A stretch of 64,000 nucleotides of DNA from Mytilus trossulus (lineage: Eukaryota). The notes under the pieces were generated by a model. It was given only the letters and a program-made list of their open reading frames with translations. It made no database searches and was not told where the DNA came from. Positions within the stretch are counted from its first letter, which is position 1, and every line of letters begins with the position of its first letter. The stretch covers positions 10,912,001 to 10,976,000 of the forward strand of contig NC_086380.1 of assembly GCF_036588685.1 (NCBI RefSeq). Reading direction: 5' to 3'. Positions 1 through 13,819 of this stretch are shown in pieces. Made by a program: the position numbers and the translations under genes.

Positions 1-820
1 ACCCCAATTATTCAATTTTTGATGAAATCAAACAAAGTTTAATTTTGGACCCTTTGGGCCCCTTATTCCTAAACTGTTAGGACCAAAACTCCAAAAATCA
101 ATACCAACCTTCCTATAATGGTCATAAACCTTGTGTTTAAATTTCATTGATTTCTATTTACATATACTAAAGTTATGGTACGAAAACCAAAAAAAATGCT
201 TATTTGGACCCCTTTTTGGCCCCTAATTCCTAAACTTTACGGACCAAAACTCCCAAAATCAATACCAATCTTCCTTTTGTGGTCATACACCTTCTGATTA
301 AATTTCATAGATTTCCATTCACTTATACTAAAGTTATGGTGCAAAAAAGTTAATTCAACTACTATTCTATACAAAGAAAGATAACTCCAATTGATTTCTA
401 TGTACTTAAAAACCAAGAAAAATGCTTATTTGGACCCCTTTTTGGCCCCTAATTTCTAAGCTATTAGAACCAAAACTCCCAAAATCAATCCCAACCTTCC
501 TTTTGTGGTTATAAACCTTTTGTCAAAATTTCATAGATTTCTATTTACTTAAACTAAAGTTACTGTGTGAAAAAAAAAGAATATGCTTATTTGGGCCCTT
601 TTTGGCCCCTAATTCCTAAAATGTTGGGATCAAAACTCCCAAAATCAATCCCAACCTTCCTTTTGTGGTCATAAACCATGTGTTAAAATTTCATAGATTT
701 CTATTCCCTTTTACTAAAGTTAGAGTGTGAAAACTAAAAGTATTCGGACGACGACGACGCAGACGCCAACATGATAGCAAAATACGACGAAAATTTTTCA
801 AATTTTGCGTTCGTATAAAA
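1..820. mobile_element. Helentron-associated (HINE/pearl-like) non-autonomous element with ~160-bp internal tandem repeats; one end visible
   Basis: Unit (gga)ccaaaactcccaaaatcaatcccaaccttccttttgtggtcataaacc recurs at ~80, 241, 467 and 627. It is followed by a (CGA)n microsatellite at ~748-760 and an imperfect hairpin atacgacgaaaattt/aaattttgcgttcgtat at 782-816. This layout is typical of bivalve HINE-like elements. Confidence 0.7.
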
Positions 821-844
821 ATATGTGATTTAAAAAAAAATAAT

Positions 845-2690
845 AAAATGTTGCAGGCTCGACAAAAATGGATTGTTATCCTATGTATATTTCTTGGTAA
901 AACTACAAGTATGTACATGTTATGCAGGTTTAGAATATAATTTGTGAAAGAGCAGATATAGAAATCTGCTCTTTGAAGCCGTTGAATGTTGTACAAAGGA
1001 CTGCTGATGTAGGAAGTAGGTTCCATTGTACTATTGTCATGATTGTATGTGGATAAAATGAAAACTGGTAAAAATCTTTATTTGTTTGAATTTGTTCAAA
1101 GTAGTTGGTATGTTTATGTTCTACTGTCATGACTGTCTGATTTAACGAGAAGATCTTTGGGGTTGATTGCTTTGTGTTGGTGTATGATCTTATAGAATAC
1201 CACTAGCATGACTAGTCTTGTTTGTATATAGTGACAGTATACGTCTCAATTCTAATGTAGGCCACTGTAAGTGATCAAGCATATTTGAGACTGATTTGGT
1301 ATTGTGATATCTATTACATGTATAGCGAGCAGCTCTTCGTTGGACCATCTCAATTTGGTTGGTTTGATTTTTGGTGTAAGGGTCCAAGAGGCAAGAGTTG
1401 TACTCAGACTTAGGTCTAACTAATGACATGTACAATGTATGCCCTTTCTTTAATTTGTTTGGATGAAACTTTAAGGTTACGTTTTAGAAAATTAAGCTGA
1501 CGATTTGCATTAGCTGTTATATTATTTATGTGTTTATTCCATTTGAGATCAGATTGGATGGTTATGCCTAAAATTTTTATTGCTGTTTCAGTTTGAAGAA
1601 TGTGACCATGCATGATGTAGTCATGGTTGACTGGTTTCTATTTTTGTGTAATTCTAAGTATGGAGCATTTGTCTGGGTGAAATGACATTAACCCGTCTTT
1701 TTCCAATTGTGCAGCTGAATTTAAATCCTGTTGTAGTTTGAATGCATCATCTATGTTTTTGATGTTTCTATAGATGATACTGTCATCAGCAAATAACCTT
1801 AAGATGCTGTGTTGTAAATATTTTGGGAAATCATTTATGTAAATGAGGAATAAGGTTGGGTCAAGGACAGTGCCCTTTGGCACTCCAGATGTTACCCCAA
1901 TTTTTCTGAATGTTTTCAATCTAGCATGACTGTCATGACTGTTCCTGTACGATGGTGTGAAAAATCACCAATCCATTCCAAGGTATTATTGTCTATGCTT
2001 TAGTATTTTAATTGTCAAAAGCTTTTTGGAAATTCATCACAACCGACACAATAATATCAGTTTGTATGTCGTTATTGTTGTCTCTTACAAGGTCCTGTAT
2101 GAAAGGTAGTAATTGTGTCTCACCAGAGTGTTCTGATAGGAAACCATGTTGTAAATCATATGAAATATTGTTTTTTTCAAGATGTTCCATTATTTGACTA
2201 GCTACATTGTATGATATGCTCCATTATTTTGCAAAGTACATGTACATGATTAATCCTGTTGCAAATATTTGCACCTGTCCTACATGTCCTAAGCCAGGAA
2301 TCTGATGTACAGTAGTTGTTGTTTGTTTTAAGTAATTTATGCGTGTTTCTCATTATTTCATATAGATTAGACTGTTGGTTTTCCCATTCAAATGGTTTTA
2401 AGCTATTAATTTTGGGGCCCTTTATAGCTTGTTGTTTGGTGTGAGCCAAGGCTCTGTGTTGAAGGCCGTACATTGACCTATAATGGTTTACTTTATTTTA
2501 AATTGTTATTTGGATGGAGAGTTGTCTCATTGGCAATCAAACCGCATCTTCCTATATCTACATGTAAGTGAAATCGGCTTGTAATTTATGGCATTGTTTT
2601 TGTGGCCTTTTTTGAATGCAGGATATACATTTGCATGTTTCCGGTCTGTATGTATTTTATGAGTGTTAATTGATTTTTAAAAGATAAGTG
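845..2690 (-). mobile_element. Degraded CR1-group LINE (RT and C-terminal region), frameshifted
   Basis: Translated fragments NYKPISLT..CKIMEHII, LQHGF, FQKAFD, SGVPKGTVLDPTLFLIYIND, RLFADD, LGITIQSDLKWNKHI, EMVQRRAARY, FSFYPHTI..WN. Same family as 8411-9312. Confidence 0.9.
2245..2558 (+). mobile_element. 5'-truncated SINE-like insertion inside the CR1 LINE
   Basis: Flanked by the 8-bp duplication TACATGTA (2237-2244 and 2559-2566); removing it restores the LINE motif NYKPISLTxxLCKIMEH. The 3' motif ggagagttgtctcattggc..cacatcttcc is shared with 7731-7774 and 11125-11160. Confidence 0.75.
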
Positions 2691-3260
2691 TGATCATAGC
2701 TTGCACCCCAGTAAATTTCAAAAAGTTGAACTGAACTTGAAGTACATGTATAAAAGACATGGTAGATCATGTAGATGGACATACAATTCAAAGTGAAAGT
2801 AACAGGACAGGTTGTTTATCATGAAATCTAATTAAAGTAATATGTGCAATACTCAAGTGAAAATTTATCTCTTGTGCTTCATTAAGGACAAGCAAAATAG
2901 TCTATCAACAATACTTTTTTGCAGGAAACGCCTCCAACAGGACATATCTTATTTCCAATGGTCACGGCTTTCTTATAAATGACAGTACCTGTTTTCCTTC
3001 TAAATAAGGGCATTTTAATAAACTATTCAAACATGGTCAGTTAACTTCAATGTAGCTTCGAACAATTAGGAAATAGAAAATCTCATATCTTCAATATTTC
3101 TATTCCATTTCGACTGGAGGCAGCCATATTTGTAGACAAAGTCATAGTAAATTGCAGAATCAAGAAAACGAAACGAATGTATGTTATAGGTCAATAATTT
3201 TATAGACTAAAAGGGAAGAAACGAAATTGATGAAAACCCTAAAATCATTATAATTGTACG

Positions 3261-3440
3261 AATAGTTATCAAATGTACCAGGATTATAATTTAGAACGCC
3301 AGACGCGCGTTTTGTCTACATAAAACTTATCAGTGACGCTCATATCAAAATATTTATAAAGCAAAACAAGTACTTTTGAAGTTGAAGAGCATTGAGTATC
3401 AACATTCCAAAAAGTTGTGCCAAATACGGCTAAGGTAATC
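3261..3440 (-). mobile_element. Partial hammerhead-repeat (retrozyme-like) copy with a mutated ribozyme core
   Basis: The reverse strand reads agcgtca-CTGATAA-gttttatgtagac-AAAA-cgcgcgTC-tggcgt. It is homologous to 34300-34480, but both CUGAUGA and GAAA are altered. Confidence 0.8.
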
Positions 3441-4186
3441 AATCATTGTTATAGGCCTATATAGTGGGCCTAATCATGATGATGACACTTAAAAGTCGAA
3501 TAATTAAAGATCATTAAGCGCTAAAACGGGCAGCGAAGATGGCCGTGCCGACGGGAAATTAAATGCGCTCAGTATGACAACGAGAAGCCGTATACGGGAT
3601 TCCCACAAAACAATTATCGGGATCCCCGGCTTAAAGGTTAAAAAATCGGATAGTGTTTAAAACTATGTTGAACTATGAAATCAAAATAAATATTGGCAAC
3701 ACTGAATATTGTGAAATTCTCAATCTTTAATTAGCATGTAAAAAAGTTTAGGCAATAGTCACATGAGTTTGACAATAAAATAATGAAAAAGATGAAAAGA
3801 GTGCGGATTTTTTAGAAAAAAATATATGATAGCATGATAAGAAATCATATATCATCAGACATGCTATAAAATTGGCCAGATCACAACTTCGATGATGCTG
3901 TGATTCGTGGATGGAAATTCAAACTTTAAATAAAATTTGTAAAACAAATAATTTAATCACGACAACAATCAGATATTGTTCTGGTAGTGTCGATATTCAA
4001 CCGTTTCCAAGCAAATATCCCGATAATCCCGTTCTCAAATTCCGCTTCTAATTCAATTTGTTTCTTTCACCTGGTAAAATTCGACCGAGACTGTCACGAC
4101 TGCGTCACGATTCGACTCTGTAATTTTATCTCTACCTTATATCTGATACTTTTTTAAAAATAGGGTATTTTTATTGTTGGTAATAA

Positions 4187-6650
4187 ATGTTTAGCAAGGC
4201 ATTTTATCTGTGGAAAAAGGTTGGTTCACCTCCGTCGAAAAATAATATTTACAACTTAAAGAGACTAGAGACGAAACGTTCGGTCAGATTGATACAAAGA
4301 CAACAAACCGCTGACAAAAGAATTGAACTACATGAAGAAATTATGATGGCTTCAGATAGGGACAAGGATCTGTTTTTTTGACTTATTAAAACTCAACGGT
4401 CTTCTTCTTCTCATTTCACACACACCCTTAGAACTGAAGAAAAAGAAGCATCAACTCCAAATGAGATAAATAATGTCTTCAAAGAACACTTTGAAAAATT
4501 AGCCAAAACCAATTCAAATCCTTCCTTCAACACTGGTCATGATAATCTTGTCAAGCTAGACATGGAAACCATTGTCAACATCTGTGAAAACCAAGAAATA
4601 ACAATTCAACCTGTTACTTCAACAGAAATCAGCAAGCGTATTTCGATATTAAAAAGAAAAAAAGGCTGGGGATGTAGAAAGCTTAACTGCAGAACATCTA
4701 ATTTATGGTGGAACAGAGTTGACTGAATTCCTGGTAACCTTAATTAACAATATATTCTATACAAAGCATGTACCTGAAGTCATCAAAAAAGGTCTTCTGA
4801 CCCCTGTCCACAAAAAAGACAAAGACCCTACTATTCCATCAAATTATAGAGGCATCACAGTCAATTCCATCATTTGTAAGATTTTGGAGCTTTGTATTAG
4901 AGCTAGAATTGAGGGCACACTAAATAAACATCAAAACAAGCTTCAGAAAGGTTTCACTAAAGGTGCATCCTCTATTAATATTGCTCTTCTCATCTCTGAA
5001 GCAATTAATGAAGCCAAAGATAAAAACGAGTGTCTTATTCTAATAACTCTGGATGCAGAAAAAGCATTTGACGTGGTAGACCATATACACCTATTTTGGA
5101 AATTATATCATCAAGGAATTAATGGAGCTTCATGGTTACTATTTAAGGAACTATATAATAAGACAACTACACAAGTTAAATCTCAATGATACATCTCGGA
5201 AACATTTGTAAATGAACAGGGAGTCAAACAAGGAGGAATTCTCTCTGCCAATTTTTACAAGGCCTATAATAAAAATATCCTTGATACTCTTGAATCCACA
5301 AACATAGGAATTAAAATTGGAACCAATTATGTGGGTTGCCCAACGTGCGCAGATGACATAATGCTATGTGCTGGCTCAGAACATGATGCCTCAACCCAAC
5401 TCCGCATCATTGAAAACTGTACCAAAAACGATCGGGTAAAGATAAACAGCAAAAAAACTGAAATTCTAATGATTAACAAGAAGAATAAAGATATAAATCT
5501 ACAACTTTTTAATGAAAAAATAGACGAAAAGCAAAACATCAAACATTTAGGAATTGAAAGACAAGAGAAAAAATGTAGAGAAAAGAATCTCTGCTGCAAG
5601 AGCTACAATGTATTCACTATTAGGTGCTGGATTACATGGAATAAATGGTATAAATCCTCTATTATCTTATAAACTATGGCGGACTTACGTTATACCAAGA
5701 ATGCTCTATGGAATTGAAATTCACAACATTACTAAAACTGATATCCAAAATTAGAAGCTTTTCAGAAAAAAACATTTTTAAGCAAATTCTATCTTTACCA
5801 CAAAGAACTGCAGATGCTGCTATCTATATCTTGCTCGGAGCCGAATCCATTGAGCAACTCGTACATAAAGCTTTCATTTCCCTATTTCTAAGAATATCAA
5901 AAGATCCCAATTCAATCGAGTGTAAAATTGGAATTAGACAGCTAGCTACAAAAGATGATAAATCAAATAGCTGGTACATAAATGTGGACAAAACTCTCAA
6001 ATCTTATGATCTTCCATCCGCACATGAGATTATACTAAATCCGGAGAAAAATTGGAAAAGATTGACTCATGATGTCATAGACAAAACCTGGAAAAATAGA
6101 TGGACCGAAACTGCTAGAAGCAAATCAACGCTCAAATATATGGAACTTTAAAAAAAAAAAAAAAAAACTTCTGTTGGAGCAGTGTCAGAGATCATAAAAA
6201 GAGATGTTAGCAAAGGGATAATAAAATCCAGGATACTTACAGGAACTTACAAAACCCAAAGTATTACCAACCGATTTGACGAAACAAAATCTGCAGAATG
6301 CAAATTATGCATGGTAGCCCCTGAAGATTATAAACATTTTCTAATCAAGTGTTAAAGTCTGAATTCTGTGAGAAAAATTCATCACAATAGACTGAAATCC
6401 CTACTAGAGGATAATCAAATCCCCTATTGCAGTATAATTAATTCTGATGAGGATCTTCTCGAAATCTTGGTTGACTGTTCTAGGAACGAACTTATAACTG
6501 TGTCTCAGCAGAGAGATTTAGAACGAATCTGCAAAGACTGGATCTATGCATTGCATGCTAAAAGAACCCAACTTTTGGAAAGCAAATGAACAATCAGTTG
6601 AGTTCTGTGCTTAACTTGCAAGTGGCTGTCAGTCGTGGGAATGTAACATA
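4187..6650 (+). mobile_element. Degraded 5'-truncated LINE ORF2 (RTE-X/Proto2-like RT plus C-terminal CCHC)
   Basis: NYRGITVNSIICKILE, LQKGF, LDAEKAFD, QGVKQGGILS, PTCADD, and CxxC..ED..HFL..C at ~6299-6351. Several stops and frameshifts. Clade is tentative. Confidence 0.85.
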
Positions 6651-6668
6651 TAACAAGTATTATACTAC

Positions 6669-6828
6669 CAGTGGCGGATCCAGAGGGGGGGTTCCGGGGG
6701 TCCGCACCCCCCCTTTATTTTGGCCGATCAATGCATTTGAATCGGGACATATGTTTGCACCCCCCCTGCACCCCCCCTTTGCCCTGGGCTAGCACCCCCC
6801 CTTTCGAAAATTCCTGCATCCGCCACTG
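6669..6828. mobile_element. 160-bp MITE with CAGTGGCGGAT termini
   Basis: TIRs cagtggcggatccag / ctgcatccgccactg; 7-bp TSD ATACTAC at 6662-6668 and 6829-6835. Confidence 0.9.
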
Positions 6829-7089
6829 ATACTACTATGTCTATAATATAATTAATTAAATACTAGGTGATATGGCTAAGTACTTCATAGTTAAACGGCC
6901 ATAACTAGAGAATATGAAAACTAATTACCCCTGTAAATAATCTTGTAGATCCAAATTGTATTGACAAACTTTACTGTTTTACATAAAACTATTTTTTACA
7001 AGTTTCTTTTTATTCGTATCCTTTACCATTTTAGATTTTAAATACATACAGTCCGGAATGCGGTTCGATAAAATTGCTCCCTTTGTTTA

Positions 7090-7996
7090 GGGGACGACCA
7101 TTTGATATTCTGGGGGGGGGGGGGGGGGGGGGGGCAGGGAGGATTTTGAAAATAAATAACTCGGCCTTGATAATCTCAAAAATAAATGGTTTGTTCTGTG
7201 GTAGTTTGAAAATAAATTACCTGACTTGCAATGTATTGAAAATAAATAACTCAGCAGGTCTATAGCTTATTGGGCCTTCAGCGGTTCCAAAACCCTTCAA
7301 AAAAAATTTTGCCTCGCTCCGCTCGGCGAAATATGTTGGACAATACTTTGGAAAGAAACTAGGTAAAACCAAACTAAATTAACTTTACTAATATGACAAT
7401 AGTATGCAATATGTGTGTATTGCTTTGGAATATAAATGATTCATTTCGTTCAGAAAATTATAACATACTTAATCTAATTATACCAATTGTCTTTTATAAT
7501 ATACTTATTAATATGTATTTGTGTTTCATTTGTCCTGTCTTGCTATGTATTATCTTAAAATATTTGTATATAATGTCCTCTTGTACACAAGTATGTGTCT
7601 GAGGTTATGAATGAAATCTTGAATCTTAAAATTTCTGAAGGGGATATATAATGATCTACTAGTATTCTGATTAAATGGTACACAATGACTTAACTATATT
7701 TTCCTTTTTTTTTAATGGTTAATATTTGGATGGAGAGTTGTCTCATTGGCACTCACACCACATCTTCCTATATCTAATTATTCATAATTAACAAATATTT
7801 AAAAAATTGTATGTTTTCGAATATCAAAATTATATTAGTAAAAAATGAATAATCAGTCCCTTGCTTTAATGAAAATGAAAAATCTTGCTTCAATAGTGCA
7901 GAAAATGAATAATCTGTCCTCTCAGTTTACAAAAATAAATAACCGTTCAAAAAAAAATCCTCCTGGCCCTCCCCATAATATCAAATGGTTGTCCCC
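7090..7996. mobile_element. PIF/Harbinger-like (Tourist-type) MITE, 907 bp
   Basis: 20-bp TIRs ggggacgaccatttgatatt / aatatcaaatggttgtcccc (1 mismatch); TTA TSD at 7087-7089 and 7997-7999; subterminal tgaaaataaataa repeats. Confidence 0.85.
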
Positions 7997-8410
7997 TTAT
8001 TTCGCTCTCCTGTCAATTCGTGTAATTTCGCTACCTCCAAAGGTAGACGCTACAACGATGGATGTCTTCAAGAAAGGTACAATTATAGGAATCAGCTAGG
8101 AATTAGAAGATCACCATTGGTATAGTTGTTTAATAGTTGTTGCATTGGGACAAGTGCATGTTTTGGATTAATTCATAATCAGAAATAGTTGGGAAGGGGA
8201 GAAACGTGTTGCTACGTGAACCCGGAAAGGCCGGGACGAATTTAAAAAAAAAATCTAGAGACGATCGTTCTGAGTGTGCCACCTACACATTCAAACGTGT
8301 GCACAAGCACAGTATTCCCTATCTATGTAATTTGTTTTCATAATTATGTGATATAGAGCAAAAAAATTGGTAGCAGTTTTTTGTGTCGTGTTGTTAAGCA
8401 TTTCCAGGGG

Positions 8411-9312
8411 ACCAGTCAACCATGACTACATCCTACATGGTCACATTCTCCAAACTGAAACAGCTACAAAATATTTAGGCATAACCATCCAATCTGATCT
8501 AAAATGGAATAAACACATCAATAATGTAACAGCTAATGCAAACAGACAACTGAATTTTCTCAAACGTAACCTTAAAGTTGCATCACAAAAAATCAAAGAA
8601 AGGGCATACATGTCTTTAGTTAGACCTAAGCTTGAGTACAGTTCTTGCGTCTGGGACCCTCACACAAAAAGTCAAATCAACCAAATTGAGATGGTCCAAC
8701 GCAGAGCTGCTCGCTACACATGTAATAAATATCACAATACCAGCTCTGTCTCAAACATGCTTGATCACCTACAGTGGCCTACATTAGAACTGAGACGTAT
8801 ACAAACAAGACTAGTGGTATTCTATAAGATCATACACCAACACATAGCAATTTACCCTAAAGATCTTCTAGTTAAATCAGACAGTAGAACAAGATATAAA
8901 CCTACAAACCACTTTAAACAAATTCAAACAAATAAAGATTCATACAAGTTTTCATTTTATCCACATACAATAGTACAATGGAACCTACTTCCTACATCAG
9001 CAATCCTTTGTACAACAGTCGACGGCTTCAAAGAGCAGATTTCTATATCTGCTCTTTCACAAATATTCTAAAAAATGCATAACATGTACATAGTTTTAAC
9101 AAGAAATATACATAGGATAACAATCCACAAAAAAAAATTGAAATCACTGTTATATTTTTACTTTAATTATTTTTTCTAAGCACCAATGCAATGTAACGTA
9201 ATATTACTGCAAAATTATTTCTTTTTAATTGTAAATAAGCCACGCATGCAATGGCACGTAATAGTCAAAGTTGTGACTGAGTGCGGAAATATGAAGATAG
9301 ATAGATAGAGAT
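8411..9312 (+). mobile_element. 5'-truncated CR1-group LINE 3' end with (GATA)n tail
   Basis: Open frame to 9071 (KYLGITIQSDLKWNKHI, LVRPKLEYSSCVWDP, FYPHTIVQWN), then a 3' UTR ending in gatagatagataga at ~9296-9312. Inverted relative to the copy at 845-1635. Confidence 0.9.
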
Positions 9313-9447
9313 AATGTTACTTTTCACGGTGTGTTTGATAGGTTTGTTACATTGTAACATTATATAATACACAAGCATAAAGTGGATTAAAATAGCCTCT
9401 CACACTATTAACTGAATTTCAATGATCAATTTACCGTAGTGCTATCA

Positions 9448-9830
9448 TATAAGACTTCGGAGGTTCATATCACTAATATTCAATGTTTTTATATCGATTT
9501 TTTTTTACTATTGTTATTGAACGGTTCATAGTAAAAAATTTAAAAAAAATCCAATAAAATCGTTGAATTTAAATGACATGAACCTCAGAACTTGAACGAC
9601 AGAAGTCTTATATACTGTCCTTTAATATATAAGACCGGAGGTTCATATCATTTACATGATTTACATTTTTTTATCGAATTTTTGTTTACTTTCAATAATG
9701 AACGGTTCAACGGTTCAACATTGGTAGTTAAAAAAAAATCCGATAAAAATTAATGGTTCAACATTGATAGTAAAAAAAAATCCAAAAAAAAAAGTTGAAT
9801 GTAAATGATATGAAGCTCCGAAGCCTTACA
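9448..9830. repeat. Two tandem degenerate foldback units
   Basis: ataagac(tt)cggaggttcatatca at ~9448 and ~9629, with reverse-complement counterparts at ~9573-9612 and ~9803-9829. Confidence 0.55.
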
Positions 9831-10799
9831 TTATTGTACTATTGTTTATTAGTTTTTTTATCCTAACAAAATGTTTTTTTGTGTTGTATATTACAAAAAA
9901 AAGGGGGGTGGTCTTTTAAAAACACCAACATACCTACAATATCTGTTTACAGAATGAGAGAGATATTTTGTATTCTAAAAATAATTTTTCTCACGTGTTT
10001 GTTGGATATATGTTGAAAATACAGACAAATGTTTAGTACGTATACCCATCCCCTCTTTTTCAATTCACTAGTTCAAGATACAGCTCTGAAGAATATGCAA
10101 TAACCTAACATTGATAATTTAGCTAACAATAAATTCAGTACATTTTCTAACAAGCGAAGACCAATGAAAACATTTGATATGATGTGAAAACATGGCCAAT
10201 TAAGTATAGGATCTTGTGGTTTCGTAGACATAAATGATAATTCAATATTTTCGATTCATATTCAAGTATATTTAATAACATGTTTATATTTTGTGACGTA
10301 TCTGATGTATAAATCCATTGCCAGATCCGGGAAAGAGCTCTTAGTTCCGATCCGTTTGTACGGGGAACATGTGGTTGCAACCCCCTCTTTAACTGCCTGT
10401 TCGATTTTTTGTTTGCAGTGTCGAAAAGGGAGAAAGACGGCAGTTTTATCAAGAAGTTATGTGAAAGTTCTGCTATACATCTGACAGTCGGGAATTATTC
10501 TGAAGTATACACATGTCGACCAGAGGCATGGAGAGGGTACCAGATGCTTATCTGAGATTTCAATTTGAACTAAAGAAAGCAATATATAAAGATATGTTGA
10601 AGAAATAATCTATATGAATAAAGTTAGGACACAAAAAGGAACTTCTTTTTTTTATATACAGAATTTGTCAAACGTATCCATAACAGAAGAGATGTGAATG
10701 CATCCTTCATAGCCTTGTAATACTGATGGTAATAATTTATTAAATTTCTGAGATGATATTGCAGTGCCATTGGTTTCCCCTTTCTCCTTCTTCAAAGAA

Positions 10800-11165
10800 C
10801 TTCGTTCTTATGTTGTACTGTTATACCACTGTCCCAGGTTGGGATCCCGCTAACATGTTTAACCCTGCCACATTATTTATGTATGTGCCTGTCCCAAGTC
10901 AGGAGCCTGTAATTCAGTGGTTGTCGTTTGTTTATGTGTTACATATTTGTTTTTCGTTCATTTTTTTACATAAATAAGGCCGTTAGTTTTCTCGTTTGAA
11001 TTCTTTTACACATTGTCTTATCGGGGCCTTTTATAGCTGACTATGCGGTATGTGTTTTGCTCATTGTTGAAGACCGTACGGTGACCTATAGTTGTTAATG
11101 TTTGTGTCATTTTGGTCTTTTGTAGATAGTTTTCTCATTGGCAATCATACCACATCTTCCTTTTT
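10800..11165 (+). mobile_element. SINE-like element (central domain resembles Deu/Nin-type SINEs)
   Basis: gtttaaccctgccacatt..tgcctgtcccaagtcaggagcct core and a 3' end shared with 2245-2558. The domain name is from recall. Confidence 0.65.
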
Positions 11166-11677
11166 ATATTGATCATCTGAACTCTTTTTTTAAAATTGGA
11201 GCCCTGTTCAAGAAGAGTTAAAAGAGCATATGCTTAATTTTCGTTATTTTTTAGAATCATCATTTTTTTTTAAATGAAACGGTCTGTATATTCTACATAA
11301 AATATGCCAGTCAACCGTAAATGTTAACACCCCAAAAATGTCTTTAGTATATTCATTTGTCAACTTACAGAATATGTCAAAGGTTTAAGCATCCCAACCA
11401 TTACCAAGTGACTTGAGTTTTTGATTATCAATAACAAGCAAACTCGATATTTTCCATAACATCATAATAGTTCCGTTTAATTATTAAAAAACAAAGGAGT
11501 AACTGTAACAGATTATCAAAGACTGTCTAGTAAGTACAATTTTAACCTAAGCCCCTGCTCTTAAAGCACCGTCTTAACAACGGCTTGGTTGATTGTAAGT
11601 GTTTGGTGTAGAGACTAAATACTTGAGACAATAGCATGGAGGTAAGTATGTATAAGACAACGTTTTCAAGAATATAT

Positions 11678-11829
11678 GCGGATTCGAGCGGGGGGGGGGG
11701 TAGCTTTAATCTGAAAAATTTGTTTGATTAAACATTGGGAATCACTGAAGCATATCTCGAGCGAGCTCTTCGTAGCTCCGTCAGTGCCCCCCCCCCCCCC
11801 CCCCTGTAAAATTCTGGATCAGCCACTGA
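11678..11829. mobile_element. Degenerate MITE related to 6669-6828
   Basis: gcggattcgag..G-run at the left end; C-run..ctggatcagccactg at the right end. Confidence 0.55.
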
Positions 11830-13819
11830 ATATTGGTTTGAACAGTGCGATGGAAGTATTCAAATGTATATAAAAAAATGATGAAAGTCTTTGTGCTGGT
11901 TATTGAAGGTAAACTATTTATAAGAAAAGAAAAAGATATAAATAGTATATTCAAATCGTATGAATCGTATGAATAATATTGGCGAACAAACAAAGTATCA
12001 CATTATGTCGTCTGACGATTTTAAGATGCTATAAGATAGACTAAAAATGTATCGAAAATATAGCACAAAAGAAATCATGAAATAACTCAGTGCAATCCCA
12101 ATTTTAGATGCAAACACACGAAAAGAAAAACAAAATCATACCATATCGCTCCACATGACACAAAACAAAAACCAACTGCAATCAACAAATAAGTCGCAAA
12201 GAGTCACAAGAAATGAAAAAAATCCATTCGCGGGCAACTACCAACTTATTATATACTGTATGATCGAACACAAACATAGCCAAAATATGACACTTGAGAA
12301 ATAAGACCCAAACTAAATAACAAGTAATTGCAAGATCAATAAATGATGCATAAAAAATAATTCCGAACAACAATGGGTTGCTACCCCAAAAACTCAACTT
12401 CACAGTGATCAACCAATCCGGGTTAATGGATAACTAAGGTGTAACAAAATGTGTAACAAAACTTTTTAAATATTACAGAAATTATGACTGTCGGTGTAAT
12501 TGTAATTGTTTAAGAAAAAAACATGTCAAGCATGCAAATATTATTTAAAAGAAACTAGCTTTAATCACTTAAAAATCATGTGATGTTACATATATAGGAC
12601 GGGTGTGTTCGATGCGTAAATTAATTAACAAAACCCCGTCATATAACATCCAACTTTGAAGTCGCGTCTAAATGTCAAATTTAGGTGTGCCACTTTGGGA
12701 ATGGTCTTAAACGATTGACAATTCATTTCTCAATTTTTGTAATTTTTCCTAGATTTTTTCTATGTCCAGCAAAAAAAAGTAGCAGTTTATAAGGAGACCC
12801 CCTAAATGACGTAACAGCTCGACTTATGGTCGTTTTAAAAACGATCGTTTGCAAGTTGCATTGTGAACAAGTGTACAATATGAAAACTAATCAACGTGAA
12901 TGCAAATATTTTTAATGACTTTACGGAAAGTAACTTTTGTGACATCTTGACAACTGTATACAATGTTCATTACACTTTTCTACCTTCTAAACACAAGAGG
13001 TCGCATTCTTTTGTTCTATTTAAACCGCATATCGGACTGTGTGGATTGGCTGGTGACGCACCCGGTCTCGTTCCCTTTGGAGTTCATCTGATTCACGTTA
13101 TTTATGTTTTTTTGTTAACCTGATTTGGATTTGGTTAATCGAGGTCGAAGATTTGAACATTGGTACACTCAAATTTACATTAATTTGTTATTTGTCATAC
13201 ATGTAGTTTGTACGTTTGAAGTAGTCTATCCTGGTCAATACCCAAGTAAAATATAACACTATGAATCAGTATTTGTAGTTTTGGTAGATTCTATCTGTAG
13301 TTTCAAGTGATTTGATCGGATTATTTCGAGTGTGACAATGTTTATAGAGTAAATATGATCAAAAATATAAACAAACAGACTTCTTTTCTTAAAGAATCTT
13401 ATATTTAAAATCATAGAAGGTTATAATTAATGATTTATCAGTGTTTGTGACAAAAAAAAACCTTTTATCAACCCTAGTAACATTATAATGTTTCAAAGGC
13501 TTTTGATTAGCCTGAAAATGATATATTTCAAATTATAGATTAAAGCCATACCTTTCCACATACCATCGCAAAAGTCAACTGAAATACTTACATGGATTCT
13601 ATATACTATACAAATATTCTTTTTTAAATTTGCAATGAAAAGTACATTTTTGAGAGTAAATTCATTTTTATATGTTCGTGTTCTTTCAAGATCAGTCTTA
13701 TTCACATTTTCTTCACTTGTTGAAAACCCCGGACATTTTAGATGTTGCTCTCGGGAAAAAAAATCAATATAAAACACTGAGTGACATACATTGAAATTGT
13801 ACGTCGTTTGTGCTCAATT

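Noticed and set aside
3520-3635. CpG-rich patch with AAGATGGC and GGGATTCCC motifs as a promoter
   Set aside because: No associated gene was identified, and short motifs alone are insufficient.
8367-9071. 234-aa ORF as a host gene
   Set aside because: It is the C-terminal part of a CR1 ORF2 with a non-ATG start in flanking DNA.
10260-10800. Coding-like minus-strand stretch (..LLDKTAVFLPFRHCKQKIEQAVKEG..) as a decayed exon or second Mab-21 relic
   Set aside because: It is interrupted by stops and has no diagnostic motif; a TBLASTN/HMM search would be needed.
11630-11650. ATGGAG|GTAAGT as a first coding exon
   Set aside because: A single motif with no identifiable downstream exon; expected by chance.
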